A stretch of DNA of 62,545 nt from Candidatus Limnocylindria bacterium (GTDB lineage: Bacteria; Chloroflexota; Limnocylindria; QHBO01). Under the pieces are notes generated by a model that saw nothing but the letters and a program-made list of their open reading frames with translations, searched no databases and was not told the DNA's origin. Positions 17,869 to 26,567 of the stretch are shown here, one piece after another. The translations under genes were made by a program, and so were the position numbers. The stretch spans positions 1 through 62,545 of the forward strand of contig JBIOTW010000091.1 of the NCBI GenBank assembly GCA_044866355.1, read 5' to 3'. Each line of letters starts with the position of its first letter. The stretch's first letter is position 1.

Positions 17869-18549
17869 CTAGCGCCCCTCCCCTCCAAGTCGGTGCTTGG
17901 CCACGAACGCAGCCGCCTGTGCGCGCCGCTGAAGGTCGAGCTTCGAGAGGATGCTCGACACGTAATTCTTCACCGTCTTGTCTGACAGAAAGACCTCAGC
18001 CGCGATCTCCTTGTTCGTCTTCCCGTCGGCCACCAGGAAGAGGATCTTCCGTTCCTGCGAGGTGAGGCGGGCCAGCTCGTCCGTCACCTCGCCGGCCGCG
18101 GCGCGACGTACGCGCTCGAGGACCTGCTCGGTGACCGCCGGGTCAAGCAGAGAGTCGCCCCGGCCGACCGATTCGAGCGCTGCCACGAGGTCCCGTCCGC
18201 GGATCTGCTTGAGGAGGTATCCACTGGCGCCGGCCATGATGGCCGCCAGGACCGCGTCCTCGTCCGGATAGCTGGTGAGCATCACCACCCGCGTCTCAGG
18301 CATCTCCGCCCGAATGTCGCGACAGGCCTCGATCCCCGTCCCATCCGGCAGGCGGACGTCCATGACCACCAGGTCCGGCCGGAGCCGTCGCGCGGCGGCG
18401 AGGGCGTCGACCACCGTTCCGGCCTCTGCCACCACCTGGAAGGCGGGTCGGCGGGCGAGGAGGGCGGCCAATCCCTGGCGGACGACTTCGTGATCGTCAA
18501 CCAAGAGGAGCCTCAGCGGCCGTTTGGCAGTCAGTGGTGCGTCGGTCAT
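17869..18549 (-). CDS. NarL/LuxR-family response regulator
   Basis: Receiver domain LRLLLVDDHEVV ... DLVVMDVRLPDG. C-terminal LuxR HTH: LTSQERKILFLVADGKTNKEIA ... TVKNYVSSILSKL. The ATGA overlaps the kinase stop (18546-18549). Confidence 0.92.
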   Translation of the reverse strand: MTDAPLTAKRPLRLLLVDDHEVVRQGLAALLARRPAFQVVAEAGTVVDALAAARRLRPDLVVMDVRLPDGTGIEACRDIRAEMPETRVVMLTSYPDEDAVLAAIMAGASGYLLKQIRGRDLVAALESVGRGDSLLDPAVTEQVLERVRRAAAGEVTDELARLTSQERKILFLVADGKTNKEIAAEVFLSDKTVKNYVSSILSKLDLQRRAQAAAFVAKHRLGGEGR

Positions 18550-19856
18550 TGGTCGGCGCCTGCAAGCCCCGGGTCCGTCGGGATGTCGACGAGGATCCGC
18601 GTGCCGTGTCCCGACCTGGACCGAACCCTGGCACGACCACCGAGAGCCACCGCGCGATCACGGATGTTGGACAGTCCGTGTTGTTGTCGGGTCCGACGAC
18701 CCTGGGGATCGAATCCACGCCCGTCGTCGCCAATGACCAGTCGCAGTCGTTCCCCTCGGATGGTTAGCTGGACACTGGCCCGTGTCGCCTCGGCATGGCG
18801 CTGCACATTGCTCAGGGCTTCTCGGACGATGGCGACAAGTTCCGCGGCGGCGTCCGATGGCAGCAGAACACCCTCAGCGACCTCCACGGTTACGCTGGTC
18901 GACCCCGTCCGACGAACCTCGTCCGCGACCTCTACCAATGCGCGGCGCAGATCCTCAGGGCTGGGCAGAGTTGGACGCAGGTCATAGATGAATCCGCGAA
19001 TGTCCCCGATCGCCGTCTGGAGAGCAACGATCGCGCGGTCGACCCGCTCGCGGGCCTCATCTGCTTCTTCGTCCATGAGCTCCGGGACGTCATCGAGGCT
19101 GAGCGTTACCGCGTACAGACGCTGGATCACGCCGTCGTGGAGATCTCGCCCGATACGGTCCCGTTCCGCCACCACCGCCAGCCGCCTCGCCTGTTCATGC
19201 AGACGGGCGTTGTCGATCGCGATCGCCGCGTGCAGCGCGAACCGCTCGACGAGGCGCTGGTCATCGGCGCTGAACTTGTCAGAGCCACGCTTATTCGTGA
19301 GATAGAAATTCCCCACCGCGACGCCCTGCAAGCGAACGGGAACGCCCAGGAAACTGCGCATCGGAGGGTGGTGGGGAGGGAAGCCATGCCGTCTCGGGTC
19401 CGAGCCGATATCGGGAATCCGAACCGATTGGCTTTCTCGAATGATCAGCCCGAGCAGGCCACGGCCCCGGGGCAGGGTTCCGATCCGGCGCCGCCTGGCT
19501 TCGGTGACGCCGCTCGTCACGAACCGTTCGAGTAGGCCGTCCTCGCCGATGATGCCCAAGGCGGCGTATTGGGCGCTGGCCAGCCCGCGAACGCGGTCGA
19601 CGATGAGCTGCAGGACCGGTTCGAGGTCGAGAACCTCGGCGATGCTGCGGACCGCAGCGTCGAGGGCGTCACGCTCCCGGCGGGCCAAGTCGACCCGATC
19701 GTCAGAGCGCGTTCGCGATCGAGCCGGTGTCACACCCGAAACGGTAGCAGGCCCGCATTTAACACGGTCATTGGGAACCTCCCGTACCGGGAGCGTCGCT
19801 CGGGCAGGGATCCTGGACATCGGCCGAATGGCATGTCGTTTCGGGCCAAATCGCAC
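18546..19856 (-). CDS. GAF-domain sensor histidine kinase (HisKA_3 type, DevS/DosT-like)
   Basis: The GAF segment HHPPMRSFLGVPVRLQGVAVGNFYLTNKRG ... FSADDQRLVERFALHAAIAIDNARL resembles DevS. The H-box is ERDRIGRDLHDGVIQ, followed by an HATPase C-terminus. The exact start is uncertain. Confidence 0.88.
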   Translation of the reverse strand: MRFGPKRHAIRPMSRIPARATLPVREVPNDRVKCGPATVSGVTPARSRTRSDDRVDLARRERDALDAAVRSIAEVLDLEPVLQLIVDRVRGLASAQYAALGIIGEDGLLERFVTSGVTEARRRRIGTLPRGRGLLGLIIRESQSVRIPDIGSDPRRHGFPPHHPPMRSFLGVPVRLQGVAVGNFYLTNKRGSDKFSADDQRLVERFALHAAIAIDNARLHEQARRLAVVAERDRIGRDLHDGVIQRLYAVTLSLDDVPELMDEEADEARERVDRAIVALQTAIGDIRGFIYDLRPTLPSPEDLRRALVEVADEVRRTGSTSVTVEVAEGVLLPSDAAAELVAIVREALSNVQRHAEATRASVQLTIRGERLRLVIGDDGRGFDPQGRRTRQQHGLSNIRDRAVALGGRARVRSRSGHGTRILVDIPTDPGLAGADQ

Positions 19857-19891
19857 CTGTCAACCCAACCGGACGGCCGTCAGCCTGCTGG

Positions 19892-20419
19892 TTGATGGAA
19901 ACGCACCCCGCAAACCCCCGGAAGGCGCGGCTGCACATGATCGAGCGCGTCCACTTCTCGACCGCGGATGCAGCTCGGCTGTGCGGTCCTCAGGCGGCGG
20001 CCTGGTTGGGCACGCAAGCGGACGAATCGCCGCCGGGGATGCGCCGCTTCGCGACCGACCTGCGCCTTGAGCCGGACGATCGCGGTTTGTTCGCGCCCTT
20101 GCGCAAGGCTGCGTATGTCGACCTCGGTCATCCCGAGCGAACTGGAGACGGCTTCCGTGTCGAGATCAGCTGGCGCTCGGCGTCGCTCGCGCCGCTCTTC
20201 CCGGTCTTCTCTGGCTGGCTGACCATCCGTCGCGGCGAGCTCGTGTTGGACGGCTATTACGCGCCGCCCGGCGGAGCGATCGGACTGTTGGCAGACCGGG
20301 CGCTCATGCACCTGGCGGCTAACCGGACGGCGGCCACATTCCTCCATCAGCTGCGCGCCGCGGCTGCGGCCAGCAGGCTCAACGAGCGTGTCCACAAGCA
20401 GCCGGCAAGTCAACCCTGA
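19892..20419 (+). CDS. hypothetical protein upstream of nirK
   Basis: Protein-like composition, whereas the antisense 19880..20422 ORF is Arg-rich. ATG 19937 (MIERV) is an alternative start. No family recognised. Confidence 0.5.
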   Translation: MMETHPANPRKARLHMIERVHFSTADAARLCGPQAAAWLGTQADESPPGMRRFATDLRLEPDDRGLFAPLRKAAYVDLGHPERTGDGFRVEISWRSASLAPLFPVFSGWLTIRRGELVLDGYYAPPGGAIGLLADRALMHLAANRTAATFLHQLRAAAAASRLNERVHKQPASQP

Positions 20420-20441
20420 CATGCATTAGGAGACGAACTCG

Positions 20442-21794
20442 ATGGGACGTCTGTTTGCCTACGCCGCGGCGGTGGCTTCTGTCTTGGTGCTGATTCTCAG
20501 CTACGTCATTGTGGTTGGAACGCGCGGCGGAGCGGCCGATACATCACCCGGAGCGGCGGGCGGTGGTGACGAAATCCTCGGCACCATCGAGGTCCGCGCC
20601 TTCGATATCGGCTTCGAGCCGGCGACCGTGGACGTCACGGAATCAGGCCGCTACACGGTCACATTCATCAACGATGGTGCCGTGCTGCATGACCTGACCT
20701 TCGCGGATGGGACGATCCTCCGGGCCGAGGCCGGGCAGAGGGCCACCGGCGAGGTGGTTATCCCCGACAGCGGCACGACCTTCCTGTGCTCGGTGCCAGG
20801 CCATGCCGATGCCGGCATGGCGGGCAGCGTGACGGTCGCTGGAGTCGGGGGCGACAGCCACGGTGGGCCCGCGCCCGCGACCGACGTGGAGCCGGATCCC
20901 GACGCCCCGGCCTATGCGCTCTACCCGCCGGAGGCCCCGGCTCGGCTGGAGGGCGAGGTGCACGACATCGAGCTCGTCATCGAGGAGAAGACGATGACGG
21001 TGGGACTGGGCGACGAAGGCGGATTCGTGGTCGGGGTGTGGACCTTCAACGGGACGGTCCCCGGCCCCGTGATCCGAGTCAAGGTCGGGGACACCATCCG
21101 AGTCCACCTCGTCAATCCCGAAGACAGTCAACTCGGCCATTCGATCGACTTCCACGCTTCGCAAGTGGCGTGGAACGACGAGATGACGACCATCAACCCG
21201 GGCGAGGAGAAGGTCTACGAATGGACCGCCGAGTACGCCGGGGTGTGGATGTACCACTGCGGCACCTCGCCGGCCCTGCATCACATCGCCAACGGGATGT
21301 ACGGCATGGTCATCGTCGAGCCGGCGGAAGGCCTGCCACCGGTCGACGCAGAATTCGCCATCGTCCAGAGCGAGTGGTACCTCGGGCCGCAGGGCGAGCC
21401 GATCAGCCTGAGCAAGGCGGCCCCAGGCAACCCGGCTCCCGACTACGTGGTGTGGAACGGCGTATCCAACCAATACCTCGACAACCCGATCGCAGTCGGG
21501 ACCGGCGACCGGGTTCGGATCTTCGTCCTGAACGCCGGGCCCAACATCGATTCCAGCTTCCACGTGGTGGGCACGATCTTCAGCAGCGTCATCAAGGAGG
21601 GCGTGCGGCTCACACCGGGCAACGAGGGCACCTTCGGGTCGCAGGCCGTGGACCTGTCACCCGCCCAGGGCGCGATCATCGAGATGGTCATGCCCGAGGA
21701 CGGGCTGTACCCGATGGTGACCCACGCGTTCAACTTCGTGGGCCGCGGCGCGCTCGGCCTGTTCCAGGCCGGCGACGGTGATCCGTTGAATTGA
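20442..21794 (+). CDS. nirK: copper-containing nitrite reductase (NirK-like) with N-terminal membrane anchor and extra cupredoxin domain
   Basis: AGGAGA lies upstream of the ATG. An N-terminal TM helix is followed by a plastocyanin-like module (LHDLTF ... FLCSVPGHADAGMAG). NirK core motifs: GHSIDFHAS, WMYHCGTSPALHHIANGMYG and SSFHVVGTIF. Confidence 0.85.
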   Translation: MGRLFAYAAAVASVLVLILSYVIVVGTRGGAADTSPGAAGGGDEILGTIEVRAFDIGFEPATVDVTESGRYTVTFINDGAVLHDLTFADGTILRAEAGQRATGEVVIPDSGTTFLCSVPGHADAGMAGSVTVAGVGGDSHGGPAPATDVEPDPDAPAYALYPPEAPARLEGEVHDIELVIEEKTMTVGLGDEGGFVVGVWTFNGTVPGPVIRVKVGDTIRVHLVNPEDSQLGHSIDFHASQVAWNDEMTTINPGEEKVYEWTAEYAGVWMYHCGTSPALHHIANGMYGMVIVEPAEGLPPVDAEFAIVQSEWYLGPQGEPISLSKAAPGNPAPDYVVWNGVSNQYLDNPIAVGTGDRVRIFVLNAGPNIDSSFHVVGTIFSSVIKEGVRLTPGNEGTFGSQAVDLSPAQGAIIEMVMPEDGLYPMVTHAFNFVGRGALGLFQAGDGDPLN

Positions 21795-21799
21795 CCGAT

Positions 21800-22330
21800 T
21801 CAGGCGGCCTTGTCTTCGAAGAGGACCTCGATCAGCGGGCTGCGGCGATAGAAGATCTCCAACCGGTCGCTGACCCGCCAGTTGCGGGTCACCTCTTCCA
21901 TGACCTGCCGGCGCTCCACCGGCTCGGTGATGAGTCGGGCGATGGCTGGGAGATCGGCCCGAACCGGCCCCTTCAGATGGAATGTGATATGAGGATCGGC
22001 CAGGAGGTTGGCGTACCAGTCGCGCCTGCCCGGCGAGCCGCTGATCACGACCTTGCCGTCGATCACGTGAAAGACGAGCTCGATTCGCCGCGGCCGGCCG
22101 GTGCGGCGACCGGTCGTGGTGATGTCGATCCGATGGGGACGCGCGAGCGCCCGCTGGATGCGCTCATCCAGGTGCGCAGTGCCGGAGGAAGGCGGAAAGA
22201 CCGGGTTGGTGGCTGGGATGGTCACGGAGGTGGACTCGCTTTGAGTTGCAAAGCGCAACTCTACCGCAGGTCGGTCACCCACGTTCGACGCCCACTCTGG
22301 CTCCGTCGAGCCAAATTTGCTCCTGGGCAC
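21800..22330 (-). CDS. deazaflavin (F420)-dependent nitroreductase family protein (DUF385-like)
   Basis: IDITTTGRRTGRPRRIELVFHVIDGKVVISGS ... RDWYANLLADP. Coordinates are the maximal ORF. A GTG at 22225 would give the usual length of about 141 aa and would place the 22244-22260 inverted repeat upstream of the gene. Confidence 0.8.
   Translation of the reverse strand: MPRSKFGSTEPEWASNVGDRPAVELRFATQSESTSVTIPATNPVFPPSSGTAHLDERIQRALARPHRIDITTTGRRTGRPRRIELVFHVIDGKVVISGSPGRRDWYANLLADPHITFHLKGPVRADLPAIARLITEPVERRQVMEEVTRNWRVSDRLEIFYRRSPLIEVLFEDKAA
22244..22260. promoter_or_regulatory. inverted repeat AGTTGC-AAAGC-GCAACT
   Basis: Read directly: 6-bp arms and a 5-nt spacer. It lies inside the 5' part of the maximal nitroreductase ORF. 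Confidence 0.3.
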
Positions 22331-22439
22331 AAAAACGCCCCGGAGGAACCGCTCGTGCCCTTTGATGCAATCTCAGGACCCGTCCGGCTCCTCCGGGACG
22401 AGCAGAGAATATGCGACCCACCAACGCGTGCCAAGCGCC

Positions 22440-22490
22440 TTATCCACGACTTTCTGGGGTTCGTGGCGGACTTATCCACGCCCTGTCCAC
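22440..22490 (+). promoter_or_regulatory. three co-oriented DnaA-box-like motifs
   Basis: TTATCCACG at 22440-22448 and again at 22472-22480 (identical 10-mers CTTATCCACG, 32 nt apart), plus TGTCCAC at 22484-22490. Confidence 0.3.
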
Positions 22491-22500
22491 TACGCCACGC

Positions 22501-23343
22501 CTACGGCACGAGGAACGGCAGCAGGTAGTGCTCGGAAAGGCCGGTGACGTTGAGAACGGTCGCGACCGCCAGGAACGTCGCGAACACGATGACCACCGCC
22601 CACGACTCCCGATCCATCCGGAGCCGTCGATACCAGGTCCGCTTTCCGACGCCGAAGGCACGAAGGTCCATGGCGTCGATCGTGTCCTCGGCGCCGGTCA
22701 GGGAGCCCACGGTGACCGGCACGAAGACCGGTGCCAGGCGGCGCAGGCGCTCCATGGGGCTGCCACCGCGCTGCAGCGGATCGAAGCCACGCACGCGCTG
22801 GGCATCGATCGTCTCCCCGAACTCGGTGGACAGGGTTGGCATGAATCGGACGGTCAGGTCGACCATGACCGGCAGCCGGTCGCCGAGGCCCAGCTGGCGA
22901 AGGGCTGGTCCCAGGTCGCCGGGGGCAATCGCATACGCCACCGGGAAGCCGATGGCCGCGATGCCCGCGAAGCGCAGCACCTGGGTCACGATGAGGCTGA
23001 CGCCCTCGGCCGACACCTCCGTCCCGATCGGAGGGAGTGTCAGCAACACGTGCGTGTCCGCATCGGCGAATCCGCCGGACCGGCCGCCGGTGATCAGCGC
23101 GTTGATGGTGGCCACCGCCCCGATCACCACCACCAGGAGCAACCATTGCCGGCGCACCGCGCGCCACGGGATGCCAGCCAGCAGGTAGTAGGCCAAGGCC
23201 CCCACGAAGATCAGGATCAGGTGCCGGGAGTCACGAAGCTGGGGGGCACCCAGCACGAAGAAGAAGGCCGCCAACATGATTGATCGGGGATCCCGGCGGG
23301 CGAGCCAGGATCCCCGACCCAGATATGCGAAGGCGGCCCGCAT
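22501..23343 (-). CDS. ecfT: ECF transporter transmembrane (T) component, CbiQ family
   Basis: LARRDPRSIML (DPR motif), multiple TM helices and AMDLRAFG near the C-terminus. It is the last gene of the ECF cluster. Confidence 0.85.
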   Translation of the reverse strand: MRAAFAYLGRGSWLARRDPRSIMLAAFFFVLGAPQLRDSRHLILIFVGALAYYLLAGIPWRAVRRQWLLLVVVIGAVATINALITGGRSGGFADADTHVLLTLPPIGTEVSAEGVSLIVTQVLRFAGIAAIGFPVAYAIAPGDLGPALRQLGLGDRLPVMVDLTVRFMPTLSTEFGETIDAQRVRGFDPLQRGGSPMERLRRLAPVFVPVTVGSLTGAEDTIDAMDLRAFGVGKRTWYRRLRMDRESWAVVIVFATFLAVATVLNVTGLSEHYLLPFLVP

Positions 23344-23364
23344 CGGTACGCGGGCCGTGCCGAG

Positions 23365-23940
23365 CTAGCGTCCCATCTGGGCCGATATCGGCTCCCAGGC
23401 GAGGACGAGGATGGGGGTCACGATGGCGGCCGCGATGGAGTTGGCGATGACGACCGGGATGTACTCGGTGGTCAGGATCGTGTTGAAGTCCAGCTCGGGG
23501 GTGAGGACCAGTCCGAGGAAGACGGCGAGGAAGCCGATCAGGGTGGCCACCACGCCGGCGACCGCGGCCGTGAGGGCCTTGCTGCCGACGCTCGTCATGC
23601 GGCTCGCCATCCACACCGGGAAGAGCCCGGCGATGAGGCCAGCCAGCCCGTTGGCGAGGCTCCAGTGGGGCGAGGTGAACGCTCCCCACCCGGTGAGCTG
23701 GTCACCAACCACGTTGCCGACGAAGCCCGTCAGGAAGCCGACGATCGGTCCGAACGCGAAGCCGAAGAACGTGAGCAGCCCATAGTGGGGCCGGACGCTG
23801 ACACTTTCGGCTCCGGGAATCTGGATCGCGAATGCGATGAAGTTGAATACCGCGTACAGCGCCGCGCCGATAGCGGAGTAGACGATGACCCGGGTCGTGA
23901 CCGACCAGGGGCTGGGCGTGGCCTGTGCCATTGCAGTCAT
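23365..23940 (-). CDS. ECF transporter substrate-specific (S) component, specificity unknown
   Basis: Start is MTAMAQ at 23940. The protein is about 190 aa with six hydrophobic helices and lies between the EcfA and EcfT genes. Confidence 0.75.
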   Translation of the reverse strand: MTAMAQATPSPWSVTTRVIVYSAIGAALYAVFNFIAFAIQIPGAESVSVRPHYGLLTFFGFAFGPIVGFLTGFVGNVVGDQLTGWGAFTSPHWSLANGLAGLIAGLFPVWMASRMTSVGSKALTAAVAGVVATLIGFLAVFLGLVLTPELDFNTILTTEYIPVVIANSIAAAIVTPILVLAWEPISAQMGR

Positions 23941-23972
23941 GGGCGATGCGTGCCTCCTCCGATGTGCCGGGG

Positions 23973-25664
23973 TCAGGATCCCGGCGTCGTCCCTTCGGCC
24001 GCGACCATGGCCGCCAGTGCCTCGGGACCGAGGAACCGTCCGGAGCGGCTGCCCCAGCGCAGGTTCGCCTCCATGAGCGACGTCTCGCGCAGGTTGCAAG
24101 CCCTCCAACGCTCCCGGTCCGCGATAACCTCCGACGGTGCGCCATCAGCCGCGATGCGACCGTTGCGCAGGAGAAGGACCCGATCGGCGTGGGTGAGCGC
24201 CAGGTCCACGTCGTGCGTGACGAAGTAGACGCCCTCCAGACCGGCGATCCGATCCACCTCCCTCATGAACGCCGTAGCGCTCCGATAGTCCTGCCCGGCG
24301 GACGGTTCGTCAAGCACCAACGTCTGTGGCTCCAGGGCCAGCGCAACCGCGATTCCAAGCCGCTTCTGCTGCCCGTGCGACAGGGTGCGCGGCGGGCGCG
24401 ATTCGATCTCCGGCTCGTCCTCGAGCCCCACCCGGGACAGGGACTGGGCGACCAACGCGTCGAACCCCGCAGGGTCGCGGCCCAGGTTGCGCGGCCCGAA
24501 AAGGAGCTCGTCGCGAACCGTGGGCGCGAACAGCATCTGGGACGGGTTCTGGAACACGTAGCCGAAGCTTTCCGCCAGATCGGCCACGCTCCGTCCGCGT
24601 GTCGACTCCCCGTCCACCAGGACCTCGCCCCTGGTCAGCGGCCGCAGACCGATGGCCGCCTTGAACAGGGTCGTCTTCCCCGATCCGTTGGGCCCCAGCA
24701 CCGCCACCCGTTCGTGGCGTCCCAGCCGGGCGCTCACGTCGTGCAGGACCGTCCGACCGTCATATCCCGCATCCACGCCCCGCCACTCGAGGCGCGGCTC
24801 CGACTCGTCGCCAGCCGACGATCGGTCGTGCGGCTCGCCCTTGGCCTTCGACGTTGCCCCCTTCTCGGGCTTGACCGATGGCGATGACCGTGACGGCGCG
24901 GCGAGCGCGCGGCTGATCCAGGTATAGAACGGCAGCTTGACGGTCGTCGGGTCGGCGCTGACCAGGAAGCCATCCATGGAGCCGAGGTAGCGGGTCGCCC
25001 CGTCTTCCAGGTACAGCGCGCGGTCCGGCCGCGCGTCGAGCACGTCCTCGACGCGGTGCTCCACGATGACCACGGCCGTGCCGGCATCCGCCAGGCGCCG
25101 GACGAGCGCCAGGAGCCGATGCGCCGCGGCCGGGTCGAGGTTGGCGAGGGGCTCGTCGAGAACCAGCAGCCTCGGCTCCAGCATGAGGGCCCCGCCGATG
25201 GCGACCTGCTGGCTCTCGCCGCCTGACAGCTCATCGGTGGTGCGGTCCATCAGCGGCGCGAGCCCGCTGGCCGAGGCCACCTGGACCAGGCGGCGGCCGA
25301 TGTCGTCCCGATCGACCCCCAGGTTCTCCGGGCCGAACGTGAGTTCGGCCGGTACGGTGGAGGCCACCAGCTGGCGCTCCGGATCCTGGAGCACGGTTCC
25401 CACCAGGGTCGCCAGCCCCTTCAGGGGCGTCGTTTCGGTGGGCAGACCGGCGATGCGGACGCTGCCCGCCAGGTCGCCGTGGTACGCGTGCGGAATGAGC
25501 CCGTTCAGGGCGCGAATGAGCGTCGACTTGCCGCAGCCGGTTGGGCCGGCCACCAGCAGCACTTCACCGGGGGCGATCTCCAGCCAGATGTCCCGCAGCG
25601 CCGGCTGCGAGCGACGGCGGTAGCGGAATGTCAGTCCCTCGACGACGGCGACAGGCTCGGTCAC
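23973..25664 (-). CDS. fused duplicated ECF/ABC ATPase (EcfA1-EcfA2 type)
   Basis: Two complete ATPase cassettes: Walker A GPTGCGKST and GPNGSGKTT, signatures LSGGESQQ and LSHGQQKR, Walker B LLVLDEP and TLVLDEP. Confidence 0.9.
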   Translation of the reverse strand: MTEPVAVVEGLTFRYRRRSQPALRDIWLEIAPGEVLLVAGPTGCGKSTLIRALNGLIPHAYHGDLAGSVRIAGLPTETTPLKGLATLVGTVLQDPERQLVASTVPAELTFGPENLGVDRDDIGRRLVQVASASGLAPLMDRTTDELSGGESQQVAIGGALMLEPRLLVLDEPLANLDPAAAHRLLALVRRLADAGTAVVIVEHRVEDVLDARPDRALYLEDGATRYLGSMDGFLVSADPTTVKLPFYTWISRALAAPSRSSPSVKPEKGATSKAKGEPHDRSSAGDESEPRLEWRGVDAGYDGRTVLHDVSARLGRHERVAVLGPNGSGKTTLFKAAIGLRPLTRGEVLVDGESTRGRSVADLAESFGYVFQNPSQMLFAPTVRDELLFGPRNLGRDPAGFDALVAQSLSRVGLEDEPEIESRPPRTLSHGQQKRLGIAVALALEPQTLVLDEPSAGQDYRSATAFMREVDRIAGLEGVYFVTHDVDLALTHADRVLLLRNGRIAADGAPSEVIADRERWRACNLRETSLMEANLRWGSRSGRFLGPEALAAMVAAEGTTPGS

Positions 25665-25674
25665 GGTGTGGCCG

Positions 25675-26514
25675 TCACTCGACCCGGATGCGAATCGGCT
25701 GGTCCTGCTCCAGGCCCAGCTGGGCCGCGGCGCTTCCCTGGTTGACGGCCAGGGTCAGGCGATCATAGGAGTCGACGTAGAGGATCGGCTCGCCGGCCGG
25801 AACGTTGCCGAAGGTGTCGGCCCAGCTGAGGTGCCGCTCCACCGATCCATCGGCCTGGACGCGCACGGCGCGGCCAGGCCGCATCGGTCCGACCACGGAC
25901 TCCAGGTCCGCGCGCAGGCCCGCCAGCTTGGAGTTGCCGAAGGTGTCGATGTAGATGACGCTGGTTTCCACGCCACCCGGGATGGGCTTGGCGTCTGGGA
26001 TGACCAGGTCGACGATGTCCTGCGGGTCGATGGCGGGCCCCAGTTCCGCGATCGGCAGTCCATTGGCGAGATGGGCGGCAGCCGGGGCGAAGATGTCGCG
26101 GCCGTGGAAGCTGGTGCTGACCGGGAGGAGCCGATGCGCATCGCTGGTCAGCTCGTGGACTTCCCGGACGCCCCCGAGGCGCCGCGCGCCCGGCAGCAGC
26201 AGGCCGTTGTCGGGACCGACCAGGACGTCGCCTCTTCCCACCTTGATCGCCAGCGGCCGCCGCCTGGTGCCCACGCCCGGGTCGACCACGGCCATGTGGA
26301 CGCCGAGCGGCATGAACGGGAGGGCGCACCACAGCATGAGGGCCCCGTCGCGGATGGCGTACTTGGTGACTTCGTGGCTGATGTGGACCACGGTCGCCTG
26401 CGGACAGATGCCCAGGATGACGCCCTCGCAGATGGCGCCCGACGGGTCGCGAGCGCCGAAGTCGGTGAGCAGGCTGACCACGGGGCGGGGCGACTCCCCT
26501 GGGCTGGGCGACAT
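25675..26514 (-). CDS. S-adenosyl-L-methionine hydroxide adenosyltransferase family protein (DUF62; chlorinase/fluorinase superfamily)
   Basis: VSLLTDFGARDPSGAICEGVI ... VVDPGVGT ... LVGPDNGLL ... FHGRDIFAPAAAHL ... VIYIDTFGN. Confidence 0.85.
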   Translation of the reverse strand: MSPSPGESPRPVVSLLTDFGARDPSGAICEGVILGICPQATVVHISHEVTKYAIRDGALMLWCALPFMPLGVHMAVVDPGVGTRRRPLAIKVGRGDVLVGPDNGLLLPGARRLGGVREVHELTSDAHRLLPVSTSFHGRDIFAPAAAHLANGLPIAELGPAIDPQDIVDLVIPDAKPIPGGVETSVIYIDTFGNSKLAGLRADLESVVGPMRPGRAVRVQADGSVERHLSWADTFGNVPAGEPILYVDSYDRLTLAVNQGSAAAQLGLEQDQPIRIRVE

Positions 26515-26567
26515 GGCCCCGATGGTAGCCGCCCCCGGGTCATAGGTGGAGGGTCAGGGTCCGGCTG

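Noticed and set aside
19830-19850. TTCGGGCC half-site as a DosR box
   Set aside because: Only half of the 20-bp palindrome is present, and it lies inside the kinase ORF.
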